A stretch of DNA of 64,000 bases from Chthonomonadales bacterium (GCA_049967475.1 JBMFSQ010000002.1:64001-128000), one strand, 5' to 3'; counted from the first letter of the stretch, positions 11,018 to 20,573 are shown. Translations and numbers: made by a program. Notes: a model not told the origin generated them from the sequence alone.

Positions 11018-11155
11018 GTGAACAGATTGGCAAAGCTCGGCGCCGTTGTCGCCCTAGTGTGTCTGCTTGGCGGCCTCCTTGCTGGGATGGCTGCCAACGC
11101 GGCGAACACATCCGCTGCCGCCGCAACAGTGGCTTGTGAACCACCCAGTGTCTAG
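11018..11155 (+). CDS. 45-aa exported peptide (below the ORF-track cutoff)
   Basis: Strong RBS AAGGAGGAGAGG, GTG start, MNRLAKLGAVVALVCLLGGLLAGMAANAANTSAAAATVACEPPSV; classical signal peptide. Confidence 0.65.
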   Translation: MNRLAKLGAVVALVCLLGGLLAGMAANAANTSAAAATVACEPPSV

Positions 11156-11210
11156 ACCGTTTCCCCTGCATGGCGCCACGGAAAAGCAGACCGTAAAACA
11201 CGGAGGCGCG

Positions 11211-11525
11211 TTGATTGTGGCTGGCGTTCTTCTTCTCGGCAGCGTCGTTTCGGCATTCGCCGGGTGCTTGAGCACCTCGCCCGACGGGGCGTCCCATCCT
11301 GCATATTGTAACATGGCCGGCACGTACAATCAATACAGCCCGGCCCAAGAAACCTACTGCGGCTTCAGCCTGAATCCCTGCGCGGGCTGCATCCAAACGA
11401 CCGTACCCCTCCTGCACAAGCAATCGGTGTGGTCGAATCAGGACTGCAGCGGGACCCTCCTATCACAAACCCCGTGGACGAACATCGGGACCGCCACGAC
11501 GGCAACCAATTGCAGTTGCTGCTGA
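11211..11525 (+). CDS. Small Cys-rich secreted protein / putative lipoprotein (start uncertain)
   Basis: GGAGG RBS then hydrophobic IVAGVLLLGSVVSAFAG-C; nine Cys in total, ends CSCC. Confidence 0.7.
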   Translation: MIVAGVLLLGSVVSAFAGCLSTSPDGASHPAYCNMAGTYNQYSPAQETYCGFSLNPCAGCIQTTVPLLHKQSVWSNQDCSGTLLSQTPWTNIGTATTATNCSCC

Positions 11526-11583
11526 ACGCTGGGGAGCCGTGATCCGGATGGGTGCGGCTCCCCACGTGACGGGATGCAAAAAG

Positions 11584-12753
11584 ATGAAGCGCCTGAGGAT
11601 CGCTCTCTGCACAATGTCCGCCTGCATCTGGATTGCAAGCCCTGCGCCGCTCGCCCACGCGGACGACGAGATCACCGCAGTAATGGCCAGGCTGAAGAGC
11701 GCAGATGACTTGATGAAGCAAGGGCGGATCGAGTTCGAGCGCACGACCCTGGACCTAAGGCCCCGGAGGCCCATCGAGGAGCAGATCGCGGAACGCAGAC
11801 GTGACATGGAAAGGCGGGGCGTTCCGAGAGAACAGATCGAAAGGAGCCTGCCGCAACTCCGTCGCGAGGCCGAATTCGATGCGAACACGCGGCAAACAAC
11901 AGCGAAGGAAACGATTGTCTATGCACAGGACGGGCGGTTCCTCCGAGAGACGACTTCCCGACGGGCAAATCAGGAACCGCAAACCATCCAGGAACTCTGG
12001 GACGGCAAAGACGATCTGGTGATCTCTCCGGTTATCAAGGAAGTGTCCATCCTACCGGAGCGACCGTCCGCCCTGAACTCCACAGCCCGAATGATCGGGA
12101 TCTACCCCGGTGCATGCTTCATCCTCGGCCGCGGCTTGTCCGCCCTGGAGAACCTCCACATTCAACGGAAGCCGGGCGGCCTGGTTGTCGAGGGGACGGC
12201 GCCGGACGAATCCCAGGTAGAGGCTGTGATAGACCCTGGGCATGATTACATCGCCACACGGATAGAGCGCCGAGATCGTGCCGGCAAGGTCCTCGCCCGC
12301 GTGCTGTTGGGGCGGCCCGTCCGAGCCCCAGGAGGCTCATGGATCGCGTCCGAGGCGACCTACGAGGCATTCTCCTCCGACGGCCGGCCCATCATCAGGG
12401 AACATTACACGGTTACGAACGCAGACTTCACGGCGCCTGACGACGCCCTCCTCGTCTTCCGTATCCCGCAGGGATGGAAAATCATGGATGCGCGACTGGG
12501 ACGGCCCATCGTGTTCAACAAGACGAAGCCCGGCACCATAACTGCCCAGGACCTTCTGCCTTCGACACTCAAAGAAGCAAAACGACAAGCCGCCCTCGCT
12601 GCCCGCGAACTGGATTACGAACAACAGGAGCGGATGAGGCAATGGGTGTTATGGACGCTTCCGTTCCTTCTCGCCGCAACAATCGGCGCAATCGTCTATG
12701 TGCGCCGTCGAATACCGAGGCGGCATGTGCGGCCGAGTGTGCTCGCGAAATGA
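11584..12753 (+). CDS. Exported hypothetical protein with C-terminal TM anchor, possible LolA/MucB-like beta fold
   Basis: Signal peptide MKRLRIALC...LAHA, beta-rich core (LWDGKD, VIDPGHDYIATRIE), C-terminal TM helix followed by an Arg-rich tail. Confidence 0.7.
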   Translation: MKRLRIALCTMSACIWIASPAPLAHADDEITAVMARLKSADDLMKQGRIEFERTTLDLRPRRPIEEQIAERRRDMERRGVPREQIERSLPQLRREAEFDANTRQTTAKETIVYAQDGRFLRETTSRRANQEPQTIQELWDGKDDLVISPVIKEVSILPERPSALNSTARMIGIYPGACFILGRGLSALENLHIQRKPGGLVVEGTAPDESQVEAVIDPGHDYIATRIERRDRAGKVLARVLLGRPVRAPGGSWIASEATYEAFSSDGRPIIREHYTVTNADFTAPDDALLVFRIPQGWKIMDARLGRPIVFNKTKPGTITAQDLLPSTLKEAKRQAALAARELDYEQQERMRQWVLWTLPFLLAATIGAIVYVRRRIPRRHVRPSVLAK

Positions 12754-13235
12754 GGGCTGTGCTCGTTTACCGGCTGCTTGTCGGAGTGGCGCTCTTGCAG
12801 ATCGCGCTGTTCGGCGTGCTGGGCAACGGTTCCTATGGCGATGTCCTTTGTGCCCGACAGGTTCCTGCGCTCCTCTTCGGCAGAAGCCTGCATGTAGGAG
12901 ACAGGATGCCCGGCTTTGTCGCCTATACCGCCGGCGGAACTCGTGTCCGTCCCGCGGAAGGCCATCGCCCGGATCTCTTTATCTTTTATGGTTGTGGATG
13001 TGACAGCGACCGCATACGCGGATGGACCGAGGCAGCCCAAGCGCGGGGAGAGGCCGTCAGCATCTTCACACCCAAACCTCCAGCCGAGCTGGCCTCCCAA
13101 CGCGCTGCGCACAAGATTGCAGTGCCGATATACGCCATCCGTTCGTCCGAGATGCAGACCGTTGTCGGCATACACGCTCTGCCCCTGGCGATCCATGTTT
13201 CGCAGGACGGGACCGTCCTGGCAATCGAGCAATAA
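12750..13235 (+). CDS. Membrane-anchored thioredoxin/redoxin-like protein with CGC motif
   Basis: ATGA overlap with the upstream gene; LHVGDRMPGF, FIFYGCGC, ALP-x-IHVSQDGTV are redoxin-like elements. Confidence 0.65.
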   Translation: MRAVLVYRLLVGVALLQIALFGVLGNGSYGDVLCARQVPALLFGRSLHVGDRMPGFVAYTAGGTRVRPAEGHRPDLFIFYGCGCDSDRIRGWTEAAQARGEAVSIFTPKPPAELASQRAAHKIAVPIYAIRSSEMQTVVGIHALPLAIHVSQDGTVLAIEQ

Positions 13236-13258
13236 GGCGCCGTGGAAGAGGGGCCACG

Positions 13259-13678
13259 ATGCAGAAACCTTTATCTTCTCGCGCTCGCGAAGCCATCTAT
13301 CTGAGCACGTGCCTGTGCCTTGCGGCGGCCCTGGGATATTTCGTAGGGCTCCGCTTCGAGCCTACCGATCTCCCCATCCGCGCTCTGGACAGCTTCGCAT
13401 ACTTCGGCATCGCAGCGGCTTACGCGATTGCGTACTGCGTTTATAGTCCCTACGCTGGCGATCTCGAACCGGCGCACTCCCCCTGGACACGAGCGATTTT
13501 CGGCGGAATTCTGATGATCCTTGCGGCCGACCTCGCCGCATCGTGGGCAAGGCAGGATGTCGTCCTTGTGGTCCTCCCTTCGCTCTTCAGCCTTCCGGGT
13601 GCCGCCATCGGCGCTGCTCTCGCCCTGGCGTATGTTGAGCGGGAGTACCGAAGAGAGGCTCCGGCTGTTTCCCCGTAA
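13259..13678 (+). CDS. Small four-TM membrane protein
   Basis: 139 aa, four hydrophobic segments, GAGGGG RBS. Confidence 0.65.
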   Translation: MQKPLSSRAREAIYLSTCLCLAAALGYFVGLRFEPTDLPIRALDSFAYFGIAAAYAIAYCVYSPYAGDLEPAHSPWTRAIFGGILMILAADLAASWARQDVVLVVLPSLFSLPGAAIGAALALAYVEREYRREAPAVSP

Positions 13679-13872
13679 CGTACTTTCACACCTCTAAGCA
13701 CCTTAGTAGATGCTGCTTGTTCAAGGTTGTCGGCGCTCGGCCTTCCGCGCCGATCAACGGCGATGGAGCCATTTCTCTGCGTCGTGGCCGCCTCCACTCC
13801 TCGCGGCAGTCCTCGGTTCCTACGCCGGAAGCGGGCCGGCCATCGTTCCGCCGGCCATGCTCTCGCGGGAGG

Positions 13873-14040
13873 GCCCCTTGTGCCTCTTCCATCCCTGCCG
13901 TGCGACCGTCAGCCCCGCGCAGAAGGGCGGCGACGCGGATGTCGAATTCTTGAGGCGCGCGGCACCCGGCACGAAGAACGCATCCGCCGGTAGCGCGAAA
14001 AAAGTTTTTTCGACGCCTCCGAAAACCCCTTGACAGCGCA
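13873..14040 (+). repeat. 168-bp direct repeat, copy 2
   Basis: Identical by inspection to 10785-10952. Confidence 0.95.
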
Positions 14041-14058
14041 AACGGAACGTGTTATAGT
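14030..14058 (+). promoter_or_regulatory. sigma70 promoter of the LacI operon
   Basis: TTGACA-N17-TATAGT with extended TG. Confidence 0.75.
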
Positions 14059-14062
14059 AGGA

Positions 14063-14118
14063 TCAACCGGTTAAGGTGGATCGGTTCAACAAGATCGGTT
14101 AACGGATTTCGGTTCATC
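14063..14118 (+). promoter_or_regulatory. Array of four LacI-type operator-like sites with 14-bp period
   Basis: CGGTT(A/C)A starts at 14068, 14082, 14096 and 14110; the first lies within palindromic AACCGGTT. Confidence 0.6.
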
Positions 14119-14129
14119 GGAACGAGACC

Positions 14130-15173
14130 ATGGCGGCAACCATCAAAGACGTGGCGGAACTGGCAGGCGTGTCCAAAGCAGCCGTGTCCTACGTACTCAA
14201 CGGGCGCGAAACCTCCATCAAAATCGCTGAGGAAACCCGGCAGCGCATCTTTGCCGCCGCACGCGCCCTCAATTACCATCCCAATGCCGTCGCCCGCGCC
14301 CTCGCTCAAAAGCGCACCGACACCGTTGCCCTGGTAATGCAATTCCCCGCCATCATCTCGGGATGGAGCGGTTTCACTCTCGAGATGATGCGGGGCGCCG
14401 CCGAGGCTGCCGTCCAACTCGGCTACGACCTCATGCTCCACACAAAGGAGCAAACCTCCCTCACCGCTGAAGTCGCCGCCCTCACAGACGGACGCGCAGA
14501 CGGTGCCCTCCTCCTGCGCGATTACGACGATCCCCTCGCCTCCATCCTTACGGACCGCGGCTTCCCGTGCGTGGTGATCTTCGGCCGCAGCCAATTCCCC
14601 AACGTCTGGTACGTGGATTGTGATGACTTCGCCGGCGGCAAGATGGCCACGGAATATCTCATCGGCCTCGGCCACAGGCGCATTCTGCACCTGGCCGGCA
14701 ATCCCCACTCCAGCGCCGCCTCGGACCGCAGGGCCGGATACCGACAAGCCATGGCCGACAACGGCCTGGAGGCGCCTCCCGAATGGGAAATCGAAGTGAC
14801 CTACGCCGGAGCCAGCTACGAACCCGTAGAAGCCGCGTTGTGCGGCCCGAACCCTCCCACCGCCGTATTTGCCTGGTCCGACGAGGTCGCCGTTCGCCTC
14901 ATGACGCTTGCCAGGGGCCTCGGGTTGAGCGTTCCGGAGGATCTTTCGGTCATCGGTTTCGATTCCACCGAACTCTGCAATCACACGAACCCGCCTCTTA
15001 CCAGCGTGCGCCAACCCATCTGTCGGATGGCGGGACACGCCTTCGAACTCCTTGTGCATAAGATCCGCAATGAAGAAGTGGATACCCCACAGGTTGTCTA
15101 TACCCCTGTGCTGGATATCAGAGGCTCCTGTGCCCCGCCGCGCAGCGCCCCATCCCCAACCGAAAGGAGGTGA
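14130..15173 (+). CDS. LacI-family transcriptional regulator
   Basis: TIKDVAELAGVSKAAVSYVLN HTH, YHPNAVARAL hinge, VPEDLSVIGFD, PPLTSVRQP. Confidence 0.95.
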   Translation: MAATIKDVAELAGVSKAAVSYVLNGRETSIKIAEETRQRIFAAARALNYHPNAVARALAQKRTDTVALVMQFPAIISGWSGFTLEMMRGAAEAAVQLGYDLMLHTKEQTSLTAEVAALTDGRADGALLLRDYDDPLASILTDRGFPCVVIFGRSQFPNVWYVDCDDFAGGKMATEYLIGLGHRRILHLAGNPHSSAASDRRAGYRQAMADNGLEAPPEWEIEVTYAGASYEPVEAALCGPNPPTAVFAWSDEVAVRLMTLARGLGLSVPEDLSVIGFDSTELCNHTNPPLTSVRQPICRMAGHAFELLVHKIRNEEVDTPQVVYTPVLDIRGSCAPPRSAPSPTERR

Positions 15174-15391
15174 TCCGTACGCGTCGAGAACTGGACACTC
15201 GCCTGGTGGCGGCCATCATTGTGCTGATCGTGGTGGTAATCGGCGCAATCGCGTGGTGGCGCTTCGTAGGCCCCACCGGCCCCCAGACAGCGAAGGAAGC
15301 CGGGCTGGGGAAACCCATGCATCCCGGCGAGATACCCGGCCAGCGCGGCCCCATTGGCGCAGGCCCCATGGGAGCACTACCCGGCCGGTAA
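15170..15391 (+). CDS. Small single-pass membrane protein with Pro/Gly-rich tail (prepilin-like gene partner)
   Basis: AAAGGAGG RBS, GTGA overlap with LacI gene, TM LVAAIIVLIVVVIGAIAWWRF. Confidence 0.7.
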   Translation: MIRTRRELDTRLVAAIIVLIVVVIGAIAWWRFVGPTGPQTAKEAGLGKPMHPGEIPGQRGPIGAGPMGALPGR

Positions 15392-15439
15392 GCACCACCT
15401 CATGCAAGGCGACTTTGCATCCAAAAGGAGAAGAGTGCA

Positions 15440-16246
15440 ATGAACCGCATCGCCAACATGAAGCCTCGTAACGGCTTCACACTCATCGAGTTGCTCGTGG
15501 TTATCGCGATCATCGCGATCCTGGCAGCCATCCTGTTCCCAGTCTTCGCCCAGGCGCGCGAGTCGGCCCGTGTCATCAGTTGCGTGAGCAATCTCAAGCA
15601 GCTCGGTCTTGCCTTCCGCATGTACAGCCAGGATTACGATGAAACCTTCCCGGAGCGCCGTTTCTGTTTCCCTACGGCCTGCTACGGATCGTGGAAGCAC
15701 GTCACCCAGCCGTACATCAAGAACATCAACATCCTCAAATGCCCCACCAACCCGGCATCGCGCGTACCCGATGAAACCGACGGCACGGTAACGTACCTGC
15801 CTGGAACCCAGGTGATGCCCCGCGGGTACTTTATGTACCATGCCTTCTTTATGAGCGGATCCCCGGTTGGCTCCGGCGACTGGTGGGCAGGGCACAACTA
15901 TTCCGAGGTGAACTTCCCTAACCCTTCCACCTCCATCCTGTTGGGTGAAGAGAAGGATATCTGGGCGGACTACGGACCATGGATGGCCTTCGTGCCCAAC
16001 TGGGGACCTGCAGGCTCCAATTGGGGCGCAAAGCACCGCACCAGCGACCGGGCCGCCAATATCGCCTTCGTGGACGGTCACGCGAAATTCACCAACTGGA
16101 GCGACACGTGCAAGCAGATCAACGGGGACGGTACCAACATGTGGATGTACAATCCCAATACCCTCAGCAACTTTGGCGGCAGTGGAATGGACCTCTCGTG
16201 GCTGGACACCTTCTGCACGACCTTCCGCCAGTACACCGGACCCTAG
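15440..16246 (+). CDS. Prepilin-type N-terminal cleavage/methylation protein (DUF1559, H-Xn-DG C-terminus)
   Basis: [30 protein letters not shown], Cx[22 protein letters not shown]. Confidence 0.92.
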   Translation: MNRIANMKPRNGFTLIELLVVIAIIAILAAILFPVFAQARESARVISCVSNLKQLGLAFRMYSQDYDETFPERRFCFPTACYGSWKHVTQPYIKNINILKCPTNPASRVPDETDGTVTYLPGTQVMPRGYFMYHAFFMSGSPVGSGDWWAGHNYSEVNFPNPSTSILLGEEKDIWADYGPWMAFVPNWGPAGSNWGAKHRTSDRAANIAFVDGHAKFTNWSDTCKQINGDGTNMWMYNPNTLSNFGGSGMDLSWLDTFCTTFRQYTGP

Positions 16247-16251
16247 ATCGA

Positions 16252-17523
16252 ATGGCAACGGCTCTTTTGATCGTTGCATTCCTGGTGGTGCTCGCCTGCG
16301 GCGTGTCTGCGTCGCCGGCGAGCACCCGCCGGGATCTTTCGGATCAGCAACTCCTAGAGGAGGTTGAGCGCCGAGCCGTCCTCTTCTTCTGGGAGCGAAG
16401 CGACCCCGACACAGGCCTCACATGTGACCGAGCCCGAAACGATGGCTCCGACTTCCCCACGGTGGCCTCCATCGCTTCTACCGGCTATGCCCTGGCAGCC
16501 TTGCCCATCGCTGTGGAGCGCGGATGGATCCCCAAATCCCAAGCTGAAGATCGCGCCCAGCGCACCCTAAACTCTGCTCTGTACAAACTCGCATCCAACC
16601 ACGGATGGCTCTACCATTTCGTAGACCGGCGGACGGGAGCACGCGTTTGGAATTGCGAGGTCTCGTCTATAGACACCTCGCTGCTCGTGGCAGGGGCGCT
16701 CGCGGCCGGGGCATACTTCAAAGGCCATATACAGCACTTGGCCGACGTGCTCTACCAAAGAATGGATTGGACCTGGATGCGCACCCACGGCGGACAGTTT
16801 CCCCACAAGCTCATCCCTTCCATGGGGTGGACGCCGGAACACGGCTTCCTCAAGGCTGATTGGGCGGGCTTCAGCGAAGCCGTGCTCCTCTACCTTCTGG
16901 GACTCGGGTCCAACAAGCCCTTGCCCGCCGAGAGTTGGAAGGCGTGGAAGCGCCCAGGGTTCCGTTACGCCGGCATGCAGGCGCTGGGCGGCGGCCCCAT
17001 CTTCCTCCATCAAATGCCTTACGGCTACTTCAACGTAGAGAATATGCGAGACTGCCTGGGCATAGACTACTGGGCAAGCTCCATCCAAGCCACCCGCATC
17101 AACCGCCGATACTGCATGGACCTTGCCGGCAAACGCAAAACCTATGGCCCGGATGTGTGGGGACTCAACGCCTGCGATGGGCCGGACGGCTATCAAGCGT
17201 ATGGCGTTCCGGCCCCGGAAGATGGAACCGTGTCTCCCACGGGTGCGCTGGCATCCATAATCTTCACCCCCGACCTCTCCATCTCCGCCGCACGTACGAT
17301 GTACCAGCGCTTCGGCCAAAAGATCTGGGGGAAATTCGGCTTCGCCGATGCCTTCAATGTGGACCGGAACTGGTACGATCGGGACGTCATCGGGATTGAC
17401 CTGGGAATGGCCCTCCTCGCCATAGAGAACCACCGCACAGGCCTCATATGGCAGCTCATGGCCTCGCTTCCCTCGACGCACAAGGCCCTCAAGGCTGCAG
17501 GCTTCCACAGAATGGATAAATGA
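16252..17523 (+). CDS. Secreted glucoamylase-family (GH144-like, beta-1,2-glucanase-type) glycoside hydrolase
   Basis: Signal peptide; SIASTGYALAAL, HGWLYHFVD, EVSSIDTSLL, WGLNACDGP, GFADAFN, IGIDLG. Confidence 0.85.
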   Translation: MATALLIVAFLVVLACGVSASPASTRRDLSDQQLLEEVERRAVLFFWERSDPDTGLTCDRARNDGSDFPTVASIASTGYALAALPIAVERGWIPKSQAEDRAQRTLNSALYKLASNHGWLYHFVDRRTGARVWNCEVSSIDTSLLVAGALAAGAYFKGHIQHLADVLYQRMDWTWMRTHGGQFPHKLIPSMGWTPEHGFLKADWAGFSEAVLLYLLGLGSNKPLPAESWKAWKRPGFRYAGMQALGGGPIFLHQMPYGYFNVENMRDCLGIDYWASSIQATRINRRYCMDLAGKRKTYGPDVWGLNACDGPDGYQAYGVPAPEDGTVSPTGALASIIFTPDLSISAARTMYQRFGQKIWGKFGFADAFNVDRNWYDRDVIGIDLGMALLAIENHRTGLIWQLMASLPSTHKALKAAGFHRMDK

Positions 17524-17532
17524 ACCCCTTCT

Positions 17533-19239
17533 TCAGGGCCGGTGAGGCTTCGTCCGGCCCTGAACTCCCTCTTGAGGGCGCCCTGTCCCCTGTACCAAAA
17601 CCAACCGCTGATCTGCCGGATACGGACCCCAAACTTCTCTTCGGCCGCCCGGCCAAACCACGACCACGGCATCTACCCGGCCGGCGCTGCCCAAGCCCAC
17701 ATGCACCGTGCGGTCTGAACAGCTCAGGTAACTGCCTGCCCTTCCTGCAAACATGCGCTGAGTTTTGGTCCCCGCCCGCACTTCAACGAGGGAGCCGTAC
17801 CCATCTCGATTGGCGGATCGTCCCACCAGCCGCACTTCCAACCAGTGATTGCGCCCTCCCGTGCGGTTCACGAGGAACCGCGGAGATCCGGTATTCGCAA
17901 TCTCCAAGAGGTCTACCCGCCCGTCTCCATCCACATCCGCCTGAGCCAGTCCGCGGCCCACCATGGGAGCGGTAACCCCGGGGCCGGCGGACCTACTCAC
18001 ATCCCGATAGGTTCCGTCCCCGAGGTTGCGAAACACCAACGCGGGCTGGGGATACGTCTGGCCGGGATTGGAGAGCTGCACCGTGTCCAAAATGTGGCCG
18101 TTTGCCGCGAACAGGTCCGGGTAGCCGTCATTATCGAAGTCTGCAAACAGCACCCCAAAGGTCACATAGGGGTACGTAGCGTCGTAAACCCCCGCAGTGC
18201 GGTTCACAGAGCGAAACAGTCCGCCGGATCCTCGCCACAAATCCATCCCTTCCAGGTTGAAATTGCCGATTGCCACCGCCAACAGACCCCCGTCCGTGTC
18301 GAAGGCGGCATCCACTCCCATGCCGGAATGGGCTCTCCCCGCATCGTCTACAGCGATGCCGGCGGCTGACGCCTCCTCGGTGAAGGTACCATTGCCATTG
18401 TTGACGTAGAGGCGGTTGGGAACCAAATCATCGGCTACGATGAGGTCCGGAAAGCCGTCTCCATTCACGTCGGCTACGCAAACTCCCAAGGCCTTACCCA
18501 AGCCGCCGAGCACACCCGCCCGCCGGCTCACATCCTTGAAGCGGCCATTTCCCTCGTTGCGGAACAGGCGCGACGCCTCCCCAGCATACTCCTGCGGCTG
18601 GCAGTACTCTTTGAAGCGAACCCCGCAGAAGATGTCTGTAGCCGGTGACCACTTCACGTAGTGGCACACGAAGAGGTCCAGCCTGCCGTCACAATCGTAA
18701 TCCACCCACGCTGCACTGGAGGACCAGCCATGGTCCGCCACACCTGCAGAAGCGGTAACGTCCTCGAAGCGCCTGCCTGCCTGGTTGTGGAATAACCGGT
18801 TGCCGCCCACTGCGGTAATATAGAGATCCTCCCAGCCGTCATTGTCATAGTCTCCCACGGCCACGCCCATCCCTTGCAGCGAAACCTTCAGCCCCATAGC
18901 CTGCGTCGTATCCGTAAAGGTGCCGTTGCCGTTGTTGTGGTAAAGGGCGAGCGTGGGCCGAGGCCCCTTCATGCCATGCCCGGGCCACCAATCCCCATTG
19001 ACCAACAAGAGATCGGGCCGGCCGTCGTTGTCGTAGTCCACAAAGGCGCCGCCTCCCCCGAAGGTCTCGGGCATCCACTTCCTTCCGAAGGCGCCGTTGA
19101 CACGTTCAAAATGGATGCCGGCTTGCCTCGTTGTGTCTTCAAAACGAATGGGCGAGCCCTCGCGCTGCGGCGGCTGCGGATTGCGCGCGCATCCGGAAGC
19201 CGCCGCCAATAGGCAAACGACCAGGCCAAGCCGGCGCAT
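17533..19239 (-). CDS. CRTAC1/ASPIC-UnbV family lipoprotein with FG-GAP repeats
   Basis: Lipobox ASGC, repeated DYDNDGxxDL motifs, C-terminal NRDGYG...HVGLG...VVWPGG. Confidence 0.9.
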   Translation of the reverse strand: MRRLGLVVCLLAAASGCARNPQPPQREGSPIRFEDTTRQAGIHFERVNGAFGRKWMPETFGGGGAFVDYDNDGRPDLLLVNGDWWPGHGMKGPRPTLALYHNNGNGTFTDTTQAMGLKVSLQGMGVAVGDYDNDGWEDLYITAVGGNRLFHNQAGRRFEDVTASAGVADHGWSSSAAWVDYDCDGRLDLFVCHYVKWSPATDIFCGVRFKEYCQPQEYAGEASRLFRNEGNGRFKDVSRRAGVLGGLGKALGVCVADVNGDGFPDLIVADDLVPNRLYVNNGNGTFTEEASAAGIAVDDAGRAHSGMGVDAAFDTDGGLLAVAIGNFNLEGMDLWRGSGGLFRSVNRTAGVYDATYPYVTFGVLFADFDNDGYPDLFAANGHILDTVQLSNPGQTYPQPALVFRNLGDGTYRDVSRSAGPGVTAPMVGRGLAQADVDGDGRVDLLEIANTGSPRFLVNRTGGRNHWLEVRLVGRSANRDGYGSLVEVRAGTKTQRMFAGRAGSYLSCSDRTVHVGLGSAGRVDAVVVVWPGGRREVWGPYPADQRLVLVQGTGRPQEGVQGRTKPHRP

Positions 19240-20573
19240 CACCGGGGTGCTCCACGAAGATATGAGGGAGGCGGCAGGTCCAGTGCGCGGTAATAGGCAC
19301 TGAGGGCGTTGCGGGCCTTGGACGAGTACATCGAAAGGCAAAACGCCGCCTCGAGCTCCGGCAACGCCCGCCCAAACTCGCCCCATCGCATAAAGTGAAG
19401 CCCGAAGGCCAGCCTCGCACTGGCATCCGTAGGCCGATGATCTATCTGCGTCCGCAAGGCCTCAGCCTCCCGATTGCGGGCAAACAGACGCCGGGCCAGT
19501 TCTTCCTGTGTCTGAGCCGCTTCCCGCATCCCAAGATGCCCAAAGGCATGGCCGAGCTGCAAGCGCGCCGTGGCCGACGTCGGCGAGAGCTCGAGGAGCC
19601 TTGTGAGCACATGCGCTGCAGCACGGGCGCGCCCTTGTTCCGCATAGAGCGTGGCTAGGTCCAGGAGCGGACCGCCGTCCCCAGGCTCGAGATTTGCTGC
19701 TTCCAAAAGGAGGTGCTCTGCCCGGCGAGCATCTCGATGCGGGCTGAGTGGGTTGAGAAGCACGGCCGCCAGATACCGCCGAACCTGCACCTGCCGGCTG
19801 CCGCCTGCTACGAGGCGTTCGAGCAACGGCTCTGCCTCCGCCAAACGCTGTGTCTTGAACAGGAGCATAGCCAGCAGAAACTGGGCCCCCGGGTCCGCCG
19901 GCGCCGCCTCAACCAGATTGCGCGAGAGCTGCAGCGCGCGGGCAAGCTCGCCCCGCCGATCATACTCCCGTATCAGCGCCCCCCGCCCGGCCACGTCCGT
20001 ACTGGATAAGGTTTGCTCTGCCTTCTCTAGTACCGCGGCAGCGTCGGAACGCCTTCCCAAGACTGTAAGCGTACGGCTCAGCTCGATCGCGCCGGCAGGC
20101 CGCCCAGGCTCTAAGGCAATGAGGGCTCGCCAGGTAGATACGGCATCCTGAAAGAGACCCAGGCTTACCTGAGCGCGGCCCAGGCGTTCCAATGCCGTTA
20201 CATTTGCGGCATCCGGGCGCAGAGCGCGCTTGAGCGCAATTTGGGCGGCGTATGGATCCCCGGCCTGAAGCGCCATGCCGCCAAGAGCCGTCCACAGCGC
20301 AGCCCTGTCGGAGGCCTGGGCTTGCGCCAGGGCGCGCTGGAGCGCCGCTAGGCGGTACCGCTGGGCGTCCCGATCATTGGAAAGGGGCGGCACAGGCCCC
20401 AGAGGCACGTCATCGCCGAGCCGAAGGAGAACCGGTCCTCTGGAAAGGGCGGTGCGGATGCGGTATCCGGCCACAACCACGGCGATGCCGGCTAAAACCG
20501 CCGCGCCGATTACGGCTGCTTTGGAGCCCACCCCGTAGAAGCGTACCCGGCGCCGGGATTGCGGAGGCGGCAT
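19239..20573 (-). CDS. Tetratricopeptide-repeat protein with N-terminal TM helix
   Basis: Repeated Ala/Leu-rich TPR helices; TGATG coupling to the ASPIC gene. Confidence 0.8.
   Translation of the reverse strand: MPPPQSRRRVRFYGVGSKAAVIGAAVLAGIAVVVAGYRIRTALSRGPVLLRLGDDVPLGPVPPLSNDRDAQRYRLAALQRALAQAQASDRAALWTALGGMALQAGDPYAAQIALKRALRPDAANVTALERLGRAQVSLGLFQDAVSTWRALIALEPGRPAGAIELSRTLTVLGRRSDAAAVLEKAEQTLSSTDVAGRGALIREYDRRGELARALQLSRNLVEAAPADPGAQFLLAMLLFKTQRLAEAEPLLERLVAGGSRQVQVRRYLAAVLLNPLSPHRDARRAEHLLLEAANLEPGDGGPLLDLATLYAEQGRARAAAHVLTRLLELSPTSATARLQLGHAFGHLGMREAAQTQEELARRLFARNREAEALRTQIDHRPTDASARLAFGLHFMRWGEFGRALPELEAAFCLSMYSSKARNALSAYYRALDLPPPSYLRGAPR

Noticed and set aside
11067..11210. N-terminal extension of the Cys-rich ORF as given in the ORF track
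   Set aside because: It overlaps the better-supported 45-aa ORF and lacks an RBS; a GGAGG precedes the start at 11211 or 11217
10262..14040. tRNA-Leu as the integration site of the repeat-flanked cassette
   Set aside because: No duplicated tRNA 3' end or integrase seen; rpsU lies between the tRNA and the first repeat
14063..14118. CRISPR or mini-array interpretation of the periodic repeats
   Set aside because: The period is only 14 bp, units are degenerate with no spacers, and no cas genes are present; operator sites fit better
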